DNA of 64,000 nucleotides from Narcine bancroftii (Eukaryota), in the NCBI RefSeq assembly GCF_036971445.1, contig NC_091476.1:10354001-10418000 (forward strand), given 5' to 3'. Numbering within the stretch: position 1 is the stretch's first letter; each line of letters begins with the position of its first letter. The position numbers and the translations under genes are program-made. The notes beneath the pieces were generated by a model. The model was given only the letters and a program-made list of their open reading frames with translations, did not search any database and was not told the origin of the DNA. Shown here one piece after another: positions 1-12,212 of the stretch.

Positions 1-1079
1 TTATCTTTGTGTGTGTCTGATTCTGGCCAACAGTGGACCACACTTCAATGGTGGATTTCAGGGATGAGAGTAATAGTAATTTAAATTGACTGTTTTTGGA
101 GGGGTACATTCAATATTCTCATACACAATGTACATATGATGCAGCAAAGATTTAAAACAATCACCCCAACATAGAGAATGGCCAGTATTTTCATTCTGAA
201 TAAGCATTTAGAGGTTGCAAATAGAAGGATAATTAATAGAGTATGAAATTCTCTGAGAAGTCAAGTAATTCTATGCAAGGAAATTGATAACTCAATTGAA
301 GGAGTGAATCTCCAGTTCAATTGATAAATTACAGAATTATAAATTTGGAATCATTTTGATAGATTAACCATGGCAATTAAACTGAAATAAACATAGCTAC
401 AGACAGAAATTAGATCAGCATAAATGAGAAACAATTTTGCTAAGTTCTCATTAAGCAAAAATTATTAATTGAGAAATTACCTCACTTTACTAAGATTTAA
501 GACCTACCAAACTGAGGTCACAATTGGCTATAGTGAGATGAGATATAAATAGATCTACACAATGACATTTCCAATGCCATGCAAGGCCTCAATGGCAGGC
601 TGTTACAATGGGAATGATACAAGCAGCAAAATACCAATGATTTTTGATTTGGCCACAAGACCCATATGGTGAAATTCTCAAGGTCAATTAATTAAATGTT
701 CCTCTCTACCCAATTGGCTCAGTACCAATAGCTATGAGATGACACAATGGTGAACCAGAAAATAGAGATGATTCTCTGCAACAAACATGGATGAAATCAT
801 ATTTGAGAGTGGACAACTGATTTGGACACTGTCTTGGAAGACCTGATAAAGGAACTCTAAGTTTGAAATTCCACAAAAGAAACCTACAAATCTGACAATG
901 AAGAGATTTATCATCTTGGGTCTTGGCAGGCCATTTACTATGCAAGTTGTGAGTGTCGGTGTTTTATCTTTGCATAGTCTGAATAAAGGCAGGGATATAA
1001 TCCACCATTTGTCTGTGGTGTTTAGCACAATACACATATTGGTATGTATCTTTGATCAATGATCAATAGGAATGGGAAC

Positions 1080-1890
1080 CATTTCCTGCATATTTCTCCC
1101 AATTAAACTCAATTTGCCACTTCTCTGTATCAATAACTAATCTGTATCCTCTGATAGCACTCCATACTGTCCATGACTCCAGTAATCCTATCACCTACAA
1201 ACCCATCCACTTTTCCTTTAAATCATTTATAGAGATCAAAAACAGGGGCTCCAACACTGATCTCTGCTCGGTCATAGACTTACAACCAGAGAAAGACCCT
1301 TCCACCAATACCCTGCCTTTTATGTACTAACCAGTTCTGAATACAAACTATAAATACACAATGTATCTCGTGCATCTTTTTCTGAATCAGCCCACCATGA
1401 AGAACTATGGAATGTGTCCCAGTTAAGTCCATACATTTCCATTCCCCTACCCTCATCAATCACCCTCACCTCCTCAAAAATCTAAATTTGGAATGTGAAA
1501 TAGGTTGAAACACCTCCTCAGTAATCATGACACAGCCAAAAGGTTACACTATAGCTCCATCTCCTGAGTAAATGTGTAACTGCAACCCTCCAGGTCACCC
1601 ATCCATTTTTCCTATTCAATTTATTAAAACACACAATTGAGCTCAAATTCACCACATCAGATGGCAGCTCATTCCACACTCCCACCACTCTGAGAACTTC
1701 CACTTAAATATTCCCCCTAAACCTATATCTCCCTTAAAACTATGACCTCTTGTATTTATTTCCCCCAATCTAAATGCCTATTCACCTCCACTGTCTATAC
1801 CTCATTATCTTGTAAACCTCCATCAAATCTCCCCTCATTCTTCTTCACTCCAAGGAATAAAGTCCTAACATATTTAATTTTTCCCTGTAA
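1080..1890 (-). mobile_element. Degenerate CR1 LINE fragments
   Basis: CR1-like 3' sequence; remnant translation VVGVWNELP. Boundaries approximate. Confidence 0.55.
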
Positions 1891-2960
1891 TGAATACATT
1901 GGCTGAAGAGTGAATGTAAGCAGTTTCAATAAAGAATTTACAGTAAACCCCAGAATATAGAATTCAAGGGACCAGCTGAAAAACAGGAAAATAAATTTTA
2001 AAAATAAAATCTATAGGCAAGAATCTGTATATTTAAAATTGTAAAAATGCTCTCTGAAGTAATACATAAACTTTTGGTGATGAGAGCAAATATTCAGCCA
2101 GCGGAGTGCCTTGGTTGTGCTTTGCTCGCAGCAGCTGTTTGAATAAAGTTGTGTGAAATTCAATGGCATCACCCAGGATGAAGAGCTGCCATAAAGGTGA
2201 TTCTCTTAGTGTCTCATTGTCCCTGCTTAGTAACAAAAGCTTTATCTGTAAACTTTGGTGGGCGGGGAGAATTATTTATGTTATTGTCTGTCTTTCAGGC
2301 TGTCCATGGAGGGGGAGAAACCTGCAGATGCAGCAGTTTTCAAAGAATGTGACTGAAAATAAAGTGATCAATATAGTTTGTACCCCATAGTATTTTTATC
2401 TTTAAAACTGTTTATTCTTAATGCAGGTGCATTAGTTAGGCATTGCAAGAGCAATTCCCAAGAAACCAGAAAATACCCACAATCCTGCATCTACTAATTC
2501 CGATAGATTAGAATAATATTGTAATAAACCTCCATTTTTTTAAATTGAATGCTCCTGTTCAACTCATCTGAAATATTGCAGCCCACTTTCTCACATATTA
2601 GACTCAGGCAAACTGGTTTCAAAATGCTTGGGTAATATACCTCCAGTTCTCACTACCTTTGGTACAAAATTCTTTGTTCTGTTTCAAGTTTTAACAACAT
2701 GACTTTTTTGTCTTTCGTTCTCAACTACAATCATCTGTCCTTTCCAAGTTCTGACTTAGGCCTGTATTTTTGCTTCTGGAATCACCCCACTTTCTCCTTA
2801 GACAGATGTCTAAAAATGCTTTCCAACACAAAGAGCACTTTTGATCATTTCCACTAATGATTAAGCCCCCACAATTATCTGCCCTTTGCTTCCTGCATAA
2901 CATTGCCCAAAAGCAGAAACAGAACTTTTTAAATAAATGCAACTTGTATATTTTGTATAA

Positions 2961-2974
2961 TTTATTGATTTATT
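2961..2974 (-). terminator. Tandem AATAAA polyadenylation signals of COX7B
   Basis: TTTATT at 2961-2966 and 2969-2974, about 100 nt downstream of the stop codon. Confidence 0.7.
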
Positions 2975-3076
2975 GTGTAACCCAATATACAGAGGTAAAT
3001 AGTACAGTACAAGCCATGAGGCTGGAGGCAGATGCAGCCGATCTGTACTCTTCATTGTGAATGCTCAATCCATTTT

Positions 3077-3154
3077 TTAATCTGTTCTCCATTCTTGAGG
3101 AGTGATCTTGCCAATTGGCGAAAGATTCCAAGTGATCCCAGTCTGTGTACAAAC
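3077..3154 (-). CDS. COX7B: COX7B coding exon 3 (C-terminus and TAA)
   Basis: Encodes VCTQTGITWNLSPIGKITPQEWRTD*, matching the COX7B C-terminal WNLSP.G..TP.EW motif. Acceptor AG at 3156-3155. The spliced product is 79 aa. Confidence 0.95.
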   Translation of the reverse strand, partial: VCTQTGITWNLSPIGKITPQEWRTD

Positions 3155-3869
3155 CTACATGCAAACAGAGGGGAAGAAAGCATGTAATAGACATCTTCTA
3201 ACAACAATGAAACTTTGAAGAGAAATCTCATTTACTTTGAAACAATTTCAGTATTCCATCTTCTTAACTTCTTAAATAATTTCTGCACACTGAAAACCAC
3301 AGCCAAACTCCCTTGAATTTTTTTTTAAATCACTAACCTTACATTAGGTAAAGCATGCAGTGCCATAGAGACAACTTTCTTCCAACTACATCACCAATGG
3401 AATTAGAATAAAGCACCAAAACCAGGAATATAACCTTTTCCAACATTATGCTTTTTTAAAAATTCTTGCTTCTGTTTTGATAACTTTGAAACTTTATCCA
3501 AATAAAAATTATACAAAAAAATTTCCTTTGTAAACATTAAAGGCCTATAGAAAGACATTCTACATTAATTCTCACAACATTTAGCAATATCCTTTAATAG
3601 CTCCAAAATTTTCGAGGTACTTCATAAATTCCTTCAAGAGGATAAACAATATGTAGAGAAGGCAAGTTCCTAACATTATCCTTCAGCAGATCATGGCAGA
3701 CAATTCAGAAGCTCAAGACCCAATTTTTTTCCTTGGGGATGGAAAGAGGAATGCAGGAACAAGTGAAGGGCGAACACATATCCTGACATCCTATAGTGAG
3801 TGGTACCTTGCTGCAAAATTGCATGACATTCACCACTAGATTACTGGGATAAGAGTCAGGGCCTCAATG

Positions 3870-5170
3870 TAAGCCAATTTAAGACATGAGAAGATTATAT
3901 CACCCGTGGAAGGCTTATTCAAAAAGTCATGAAGCATGTGATTCATAAAACCTTGAATGCATGAATTCAAAATTGGCTCAAGTTAGTTGTGGATGACTGG
4001 AGGCAAGTGACATGGCATTCCACATTCTGGGACTCCTGCTCTTCGTGAATTAAAAAAAACAATTTGGATAAAGAGGTACAAGATTAGGTCACATGTTTGC
4101 AGATTGAAGTTGTTGTAGGTCACCATAGGATATACAAAGGATGCAGAGTTGGGTGGAGAAATGGCAGATGGAGTTCAATATGGATAAGTGTGAAGTAATG
4201 CACATCATGTGATCATGCTTCAGAGCAGAGTATGTGCTCAATGGCAGGATTCCTAACAGTATGCAGAAGCCATTCTAAATCTTTGTTCTGGCTATGACTC
4301 CCCTCCCACCCCCCCCTTCAGGCTCTTCAAAGTTTATGGGGCCCCCTTCTGTATAAAGCAGTCATTTAGTTGGTTTCTTCTGTACTTCTCTCCTACCGAA
4401 TACATAAAATCATAATATTTTACGATTTCAGTAAGTGCTTCCCCTTAAATATGCTGTGACTCCTGGGGCAGGCAGAGTGAGAATGGCTGGTGTAGAGGAA
4501 CAAAGGAATCTTGGACCTCAAGGTGGCAGTAGAAGTTGATGTGGTAGTTACAGCACCATTTGATGTAGTCTTCATTAGTAGAGGGATTGAGTTCAAGACC
4601 CACAAAGTAATGTCACTACAAAAATCTAGTTGGACCACACTTGGAGTACTGTATGCAGTTCAGGTCACCTCACAACATGAAGGATTTGGAAGCTTCAGAG
4701 AAGATGCACAAGTGACTGATCAGGATGCCGCCTGGAATGGAGAACATGACTTATAAAGCAAGGTTAAGTGAGCTGGGGCTTTTCTCTTTGGAGCAACAAA
4801 GAACGAGAGGAGTCATAGTAAGTCTAAAAGATTGAGAGGCATTGATAGGGTGGAGAGCAAGTACCTTTTTCCCAGGGTAATAACAGCAATTAGCAAGAAC
4901 ATCTGTTTAAGGAGAGAGTGGAGGAAGATTTGGGGAAATGTTAAAAGTTTTTTTTATTTTACAGAGTAGAATGTGTCTGGAATACATTGCCAGGTGTGGT
5001 GGAGGAGGCTGGTACAACAGAGACATTCAAAAGACTCATGGATACAAGTAAAATAGAGAGTTATGGATTGTAGGAAATGGTTAAGATTGTTATGGAGCAG
5101 GTGTCCATAGATCAGCACAACCTCATGGACTGCAGGGCCTGTTCTGTGCTGTAATGTTTTATGTTCTAAA
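3870..5170 (+). mobile_element. Degenerate CR1 LINE 3' portion in COX7B intron 2
   Basis: Remnant peptides WQMEFNMDKCEVMH and LGLFSLEQQR; tail ...GCTGTAATGTTTTATGTTCTA. Confidence 0.7.
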
Positions 5171-5469
5171 CATACAGTAAAATTTATTTTTTACCATTTA
5201 ACAGCTTATGGCATGGAAACAGGCATGATCAAAATTGAGAAATGCTGTAATAATACAATAATACTCTTCAAAGTTCAAACTCTTCATTTTAAATTGAAAA
5301 TATCTATGCTTGCTTCAACACTTGGGGTCTCAGCATTAGTGGGCACAGATTCAATCCAATGCCACCAGTTGCTTATAATTTAAAGCAAATCATTAATTCA
5401 CAAGTTACAAAGACTACAATGCCTATTCTCCAATTAGGTGTGAAATGTCTAAAATGGTTCAACTTTCTT

Positions 5470-5800
5470 GCTGCTGCTATCAGGAAAGAGGTCTAGGTGC
5501 CACAAGACTCACACCACCAGGTTCAGGAATAGCTGCTACCCCTCCACCATCAGACATCAATCAGGGACGAATTTAAGGACTCTTACTTGTGCACTTTATT
5601 GATTTTCTTTGCTCTCCCTGTATTGAACAGTTTGATTGCATTATCTGTTTACAGTTTTTTTTTGACGGTTTACATGTTCATGCTTTGTGCAGTTAAATTT
5701 TGCACAACCAATTAATGGTAATTCTGCCGCATCCACGGGAAAAGGGAATCTCAGACTTGTATGCAATGACATGCATGTTCTGACAATAAATCTGAAAATG
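5470..5800 (+). mobile_element. Rex/Babar-like LINE 3' end fragment
   Basis: C-terminal coding remnant plus a 3' tail GACAATAAATCTGA resembling other copies in the window. Confidence 0.55.
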
Positions 5801-5825
5801 TAGATCGTGTATGCAAAAAACTTAC

Positions 5826-5950
5826 ATAGGTCCAAATTGAAGCACAGAATACTAATCCTCCTGCCAAGATAATATTTCCATATTTGTCATGGAAGTCAGG
5901 TTCAACTTTGTGATGAGCTTGTCTTGCAGCAATTTGGCGAATGCTCCGAC
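5826..5950 (-). CDS. COX7B: COX7B coding exon 2
   Basis: Encodes GRSIRQIAARQAHHKVEPDFHDKYGNIILAGGLVFCASIWTY, with the COX7B signature PDFHDKYGN and the TM helix. Acceptor AG at 5952-5951, donor GTAAGT at 5825-5820. Confidence 0.95.
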
Positions 5951-6442
5951 CTTGCAAGAGCACAAGTTAACATTTTAAAATTAATTCCACTTTAACACAG
6001 TCGGGAAAAGTCATAAAATAACAGAAGTGGCTTTCTACAACCTTTCTCGATAACGTTTTACGCAACAGCCAATTTTCAATGCATTGTGTTTTATGGAGTG
6101 GTTGAGAAACATGAACACTTTTTGAAAGTTATTTAACCGTATCAACTAATTGATACAATCCTTCAGTCGTTATTGTCCCATTAAAAACTCATTGGAACTT
6201 ATTGACAATGGGAGGGGACGTTTGAAACCTGCTGATGATTTCAATGCCACGTCGCCACTCTCCTTTCAAATTCGTTCATCTCCATAAACCTGTCAAATGT
6301 AATCTCATCCCAAACCTTCTCTAGAACCCCGTTATGGCAACGGTCCTCCAGGCTCCCACAGAATTTAACTTTTAAATAGAATTTACTTGGGTTCATCTAA
6401 ACAAGCCATCCAGCGAATCACGCCATCCCAAACACCAGGGAA

Positions 6443-7070
6443 ATGGGGAGAGGGGAGAGGGGAGGAGTGGGGGAGAGGGGGAGGGGGGGGAGGGGGGAGG
6501 GGGGGAAGGGGGGGAGGGGGGAAGGGGGGAGTGGGGGAAGGGGGGGAGTGGGGGAAGGGGGGGAGTGGGGGAAGGGGGGGAGTGGGGGAAGGGGGGGAGT
6601 GGGGGAGGGGGGAGGGGGGAGGGGGGAGGGGGGAGGGGGGAGGGGGGAGGGGGGGAGGGGGGGAGGGGGGAAGGGGGGGAGGGGGGAAGGGGGGGAGGGG
6701 GGGAAGGGGGGGAAGGGGGGAGGGGGGGAAGGGGGGGAAGGGGGGAGGGGGGAGGGGGAGGGGGGAGGGGGGGAAGGGGGGGGGAAGGGGGGGGGGAAGG
6801 GGGGAGGGGGGGAAGGGGGAAGGGGGGGAGTGGGGGAAGGGGGGGAGTGGGGGAAGGGGGGAGTGGGGGAAGGGGGGAGTGGGGGAAGGGGGAGTGGGGG
6901 AAGGGGGAGTGGGGGAAGGGGGGAGTGGGGGAAGGGGGGGAGGGGGGAAGGGGGGGGAGTGGGGGAAGGGGGGGAGGGGGGAAGGGGGGGAGTGGGGGAA
7001 GGGGGGGAGTGGGGGAAGGGGGGGAGGGGGGGAGGGGGGAAGGGGGGGAGTGGGGGTAGGGCGGGCAGGG
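6443..7070. repeat. Near-pure G/A low-complexity tract (units like GGGGGGAGTGGGGGAA) in COX7B intron 1
   Basis: About 620 bp of G-runs separated by A, AA or AGT. Confidence 0.95.
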
Positions 7071-7560
7071 GGCTCGCATCTGAGGCGCCAACCCCGCCTG
7101 AATTCGGGCCGTTTTCTCCCGCACCGCCGGCTTCAACTGCCTGATCCGTGCGAAAACACATGAAATGGAGGAGAACTGAGCAGGTGAAACAGTGCCTTTC
7201 AGACGCTGTAAAGGGGGGAGGGGGAGGTGAAGGACACATCACCGACGTTTTCGGGCCTGAGCCCTTCAGTTTCCCCTCGAGTCCACCAGGAACACAGTCG
7301 GCGGGATTCCCGCTCAAGGTTTTGCATCACTTAATAAAACAACGTGAAAAGGCGCCCATTCAGTCCATTTTAGGGCCGTGTCCGGAAGAGAAATGGCTCC
7401 GTTTCCTCCCCATTGGGAAGCAGCCGCCAGGCAAGGTCAGATTCAGGCCGTCACTTCTCCCCTCCTTCCGCCTCTGGAACAGCGGACGGTGGGGGGGGGG
7501 GGACACAAGCCTCGGACAGCACAAATATTAAAAATAGAAGAGGGCTCAGCCTCGACTTAC

Positions 7561-7597
7561 CCGACAGGGACAAAATCTTCCTGGTCAGGGGCACCAT
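7561..7597 (-). CDS. COX7B: COX7B coding exon 1 (mitochondrial presequence MVPLTRKILSLS)
   Basis: ATG at 7597-7595 in GAGATGG context. Donor GTAAGT at 7560-7555. 37 nt, phase 1, joins in frame to exon 2. Confidence 0.9.
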
Positions 7598-7599
7598 CT

Positions 7600-7900
7600 C
7601 CGCGGCCCTCGGTCGCCCTCCCTCAGACAAGATGGCGCCGGCCTCGGCCCCGCGGACACTGCGCATGCGCGAGCCACTGGCCCGGCCTCTCTACTTCACT
7701 CGAAACGAATTGTTCCCCCCCCCCCCCGGTGTCACTTCATGAAAATGAGGTGAATGATGTAATCGGCGGTGACTGAATTTCTCAATGCTCTGCTCGCGGA
7801 TGGCGGCTCGGCTCCCTGTCGGAGATGGGCAGCGGCCGGAATCCGGAAAGCCGACCGAAAAACACTGGAGGTTGAAAGCTCAGGCGGGGTTATGAACACT
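7600..7900. promoter_or_regulatory. CpG-rich COX7B promoter with NRF-1 and YY1 motifs
   Basis: TGCGCATGCGCG (NRF-1 consensus) at 7660-7671 and AAGATGGCG (YY1) at 7629-7637. Both motifs are typical of nuclear-encoded respiratory-chain promoters. Confidence 0.75.
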
Positions 7901-7923
7901 GGCAGCAGGTCGCTTCGGCAGAT

Positions 7924-8037
7924 GTCAGGATGGCCGAGTGGTCTAAGGCGCCAGACTCAAGGAATGAAGTCCTTCCGTGTTGGAGCGGGTGTTCTGGTCT
8001 CCGACTGGAGGCGTGGGTTCGAATCCCACTTCTGACA
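7924..8037 (+). tRNA. tRNA-Leu-CAA: tRNA-Leu(CAA) with a 30-nt intron (7962-7991)
   Basis: GTCAGGATGGCCGAGTGGTCTAAGGCGCCAGACTCAAG / intron / TTCTGGTCTCC...GTGGGTTCGAATCCCACTTCTGACA. Anticodon at 7958-7960, intact A and B boxes, T6 Pol III terminator at 8044-8049. Confidence 0.97.
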
Positions 8038-8356
8038 TTCATGTTTTTTCATCGTCTTAACTGCAATCCGACCTGGAACGTCATTATTTTCACGGCTTGT
8101 TATATTAGCCCACGGACAACAACGTTCCTTAACTTTCCAGTTCATGAAATGCAAGGAAATGCATCACCCCTCATTCATGGAGGACATGCATGGGAGGTGA
8201 TGCCCTAAGAAAGCAGCCAACAGCCTTAAGGACCCAGGTCACAACCTTCAGGCCTGAGGATCAACAGTTTCTTTGAAACAGGCTCTTGAACCTCCCCTTG
8301 CTCCACCCCCACATAAAAGACCCATATCACCTTTTCCACAAACCCTTATCACTGGG

Positions 8357-8684
8357 GGGGAAACACACACACACACAAATGCTGAAGAAACAGTGCCTTT
8401 ATGCAGCAAAGGGGAAGAGACATCACCAATCTCGGTCAACCTGACCTCTGCTGCCATTGTTCATAACCCAATCAGCGATGCCGTGTACTATACTAAAGTT
8501 TCTACGTTATAGTTGGTTTATGCCCATCTCCGACAGGGAGTCGCCAGGTTCCTGGCTTCAATTCGCAAATATAGTATTCAGAAATTCAATCACATCTCAC
8601 TGTCGAAACGTTGGTGATGCATCTTCACCTTTGCTACATAAAGGCATTGTTTGACCTGCTGAGTTTCTCCAGAGTCAACAGAAT
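8357..8684. mobile_element. Small insertion with inverted Penelope-like terminal segments
   Basis: Imperfect inverted arms at 8388-8429 and 8611-8652, flanked by the 13-bp direct repeat CCTTATCACTGGG (8344-8356, 8685-8697). Confidence 0.55.
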
Positions 8685-9081
8685 CCTTATCACTGGGAAT
8701 GTCATTAAATATTTGGGTGCAATTAGCATATTTAATCAATTAAGGAACTCCATAAGTTTTGGACCAGAAACACAAGATTTAAATTAGGATATTTATACAA
8801 ATGGAGTCCATTCATAGAGGCATGTTCTCTTGGTCCTTCTCTGAACTCCAAAGATAAATTACAATGAGAAATTAGTCAAATGAGGTTTGCATTTCATGGA
8901 ATTTAAGATAGTGTCTGTTATCCTACAACATAACTGTAGAGAGAAACAGTTACACTGATCTTACATTCATCGCATTTGTTCTTCCCTAAGGATTCAACCA
9001 TTAGGTGTCTTTATGGTGGTGAAATCAAACTCAGGTGGCACCCATGGTGGGCGTAAGGCTGCACAAATATGGTGGCTAAAA

Positions 9082-9181
9082 CTTGAACCCACGCCTCCAG
9101 TTGGAGACCAGAACACCCACATTACAGCAGAAGGACTTCTTTCCTTGAGTCTAGTGCCTTAGACCACTCGGCCATCCTGAC
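9082..9181 (-). pseudogene. tRNA-Leu(CAA) pseudogene with intron, 3' end lost
   Basis: Reverse complement reads GTCAGGATGGCCGAGTGGTCTAAGGCACTAGACTCAAG + related intron + TTCTGGTCTCCAACTGGAGGCGTGGGTTCAAG, then diverges. There is no 3' T-stem or acceptor strand. Confidence 0.88.
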
Positions 9182-10509
9182 TCACTCTCTTAAAATAGTC
9201 AGCCTTCTTGACTTGCAGTCTGAAAATAACTGGGTTGAAAGTAGAGACTAAAATTCCAAGAGATTTGGGATCCTTATAACTGGATAGCTCATGATAATTA
9301 CATTGTACAACATATAAATGCATTCTTGTACAAATATATGAAATTCTTACTTGCTGTGGGTGAACAGGTAGAAAATATAATTTAAAAATCTGAAATGCTG
9401 ATCTAGAAATGGATTTTCAGAGTCACGTCTGAACTCCTAGAATTGGAAATAAATTTACAAGTGATATCCACAAATGACAATTACAGGCATTAATATTGAA
9501 CTTGAGATCCATTAACTTTTGTTATCCAAAGTTATCTGTGGAGAAATGCCACAGAGTCCAGGGTTAAATGGTCTTTTTCTGCTTTCATGTTCCTATTTGA
9601 CTCCTGAAAGTCACTAACAAACAATTTTTGAAATGAACAAATCAGTCCTGGGAAAGAGGTTCTGCGTAATTAATTATTCATTCAATTCATGGTACATTGG
9701 GAGGGTTTTTCAGGCTGGATTGCTGGCCTTTGTTAAGACACCTAAAGGAGGGGGACATTAAAATTGTGGAAATGTTCCAGAGTTGGAAGAAAAAGAAAAT
9801 CAGTAATTTGTAATTAAATGCTTACTTTGTTAATTTAGAATGTGGGCATGATCTTGGTTTATCATCTTCTCAGGCTGAATAATTTCCATGTTAATGATTT
9901 CACATGATTAAGTACCATAAAGATGTTGTCATGAAATTACAACTCAGACAGAGAATTAAAAATAATTATCAAAAATGGGAATTCTGGACTCTTTAATTAC
10001 CTTTGAGAATTCAGGATTTTACATTTAAAATTACACTGAAGTACACATGATAAATCATCAGACCTTCCAAACAGATAATAAAGAATAAACATGTACAATA
10101 CTATTCAATTCATATTAACAAATCACGTAAGATTATTGATTTAGAAACAGCTGCAGAAATCCAAAAAAATATAAAATTGATATTTTTCTGGTGCAGAGGA
10201 AAGATGATAGAAAAAAAGTCAATTGTTTTACATATAGATTTTGAAGTTTGCAGATGATGTTAAAAAATCAAGCATGCTTGGAAATGAGGTGAATGGATAG
10301 CAGATGAGTTTTAATGCAGAAAAATATAAAATTGAAGGTGAAAAAGTAATACAAAAATTAAATTACTACTAAAATACTACAGAAGATCATTGATATAAAA
10401 GTAGCAAAATAATGTTACTTTCCATAATGACAGAGAAAGTTAAGAGTATTTTTGGTAGAAGCTTCAAAACTATAAAAAATATTTGGAGATAAATAATGAA
10501 AGATGAGGA

Positions 10510-11022
10510 TCCAAGTCTCTGAATTTCTGTCCTGGGGCCTCCATGTCAATGCAATCATAAAGCGGGCTCATCACCATTTATACGTGAACAGTTTGAGGAG
10601 ACTCTTCCAAATTTCTACATGGAGAGCATTTCGACTATTTGCGTCACCATCTTGGATGGAGACCAGCGCCATCATGGGCATCAGCCTTCACCCCGTTAAG
10701 GACATCTACAAGAGCTGGTGTCTTAAGAAAGCAACCTCTATCCTCAAGGACCCTCACCATCCAGGCCATGCCCTCTTCACCTTGCTGCCACCGGGAAGGA
10801 GGTAGAGGAGCCTGAAGATGAACGCCTAACAGTACAAAAACAGCTTCTTCCCCTCAGACATCAGATTTCTGGATGGAAAATGAACCACAGACATTTTCTC
10901 ACTTTCTCTTCTTATGCTCTAATTTATTATTTTTTTTAAAGTAATTTTTAGCAACACTTGCACTCTGACGCTGCTGCGGAACATCAAATTTCTTGACATG
11001 TTCATGGCTATAAATTCTCATT
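10510..11022 (+). mobile_element. Rex/Babar-like LINE 3' fragment
   Basis: Remnant CLKKATSILKDPHHPGHALFTLLPPGRR; similar to 17100-17645. Confidence 0.7.
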
Positions 11023-12212
11023 GAGGTGGTTTCAAATTGACTGGGAATCTGAAAAAGAGGGAAAAAAGAGAATGGAGAAATTAATAGATTGTTTTACACT
11101 TAAAAAGATATTTTAAAACAAATGGCAAATGAGGTGAAGGCAATAATATTTTTAAAAATCAAAAGAAAAATACAAAATATACCATTGGCAGATAGGAGTA
11201 TTAAATCAGAGGGCATTACTCCAGTTCGAGAGTGCACTTGCACAAGAAAGATTTGTAAGTACACAGAAGAATGACGTATAAAACCATGTAACCTTATAAC
11301 AAAAAAAGAAAAACATTATTTTATAAAACATTATGTGCAAATGAGGAAGAAGCATTATCTAAAATAGATTGCTTTAGTGCAGATTTAGATATCGGGTGTG
11401 TTATTTACAAATCTGAACAATATTTTCTAATGCAGAACTGAAGTGGAACAGTAGGTGCCAGCAGACCTTTGGGAGAGCCCATCGTCCCTCTGACAATGAC
11501 GTTCTTAAAATACTAATTTTATCCTTACAAGAAGAGGTTGTGTCAACTGAACCTGCATTACCTAAAAAAAAGGGATAATATTGAAGGCAGTAGAAAGGAG
11601 GAAAATTCCTCGGATGGGAGGATGCCCAGAATAGAGGCTGAACATTTCAGTCTATATTCTCTGGGGTTTAGAAAAATTAGAGATGTCCTTATTGAGACAA
11701 GCAAGTCTTGAAGGTGAATGGCAAGGTAAATATAAAGATGTTTTCAATCGTGGGAACATCTCAAATGAAGGAATGGAATTTCAAAATAAAGTGGAAGTTA
11801 TTTGAAATGGATGTGCAGAGAAATTCCCTTCCCTTCTTCTGGAATTCTCGAGCTCAGAGCATTGTGGAGGCAAGATCATTTGAAGTTTTTAAGGTGGAGG
11901 TACATACATCTTTGAAAGACTGGGAATTTGCAGATTATGGGGTTCTCAGGGGTAAATCAGGCATAATCATTTTGAATGGTGGAGGAGGGTTGTGGGTCAG
12001 GTAGCCTTCTCATATGTTCCAATGACCAGAAAGAGAATGTGCAAAATGCACAAATTGCATCAGAGGGCAAAGTTAAACCAGATTAAAGGAGCTGGTAGAC
12101 AACAGGCCCACTAACTGCCACTTCAAAAAGTTATTTGCTTTCCTAATTACCTACATTTAAGCTTTCAGTGATTGGCATACAAGCGTTTGAACATCAATAC
12201 TCCCCAATCTGT

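Noticed and set aside
60-1000. Possible decayed coding sequence (coiled-coil or env-like)
   Set aside because: It has frequent stops and no motif I can identify; a translated search is needed.
6387-7317. Long Gly-rich and Pro-rich ORFs on both strands
   Set aside because: They are a by-product of the stop-free G/A low-complexity tract in COX7B intron 1.
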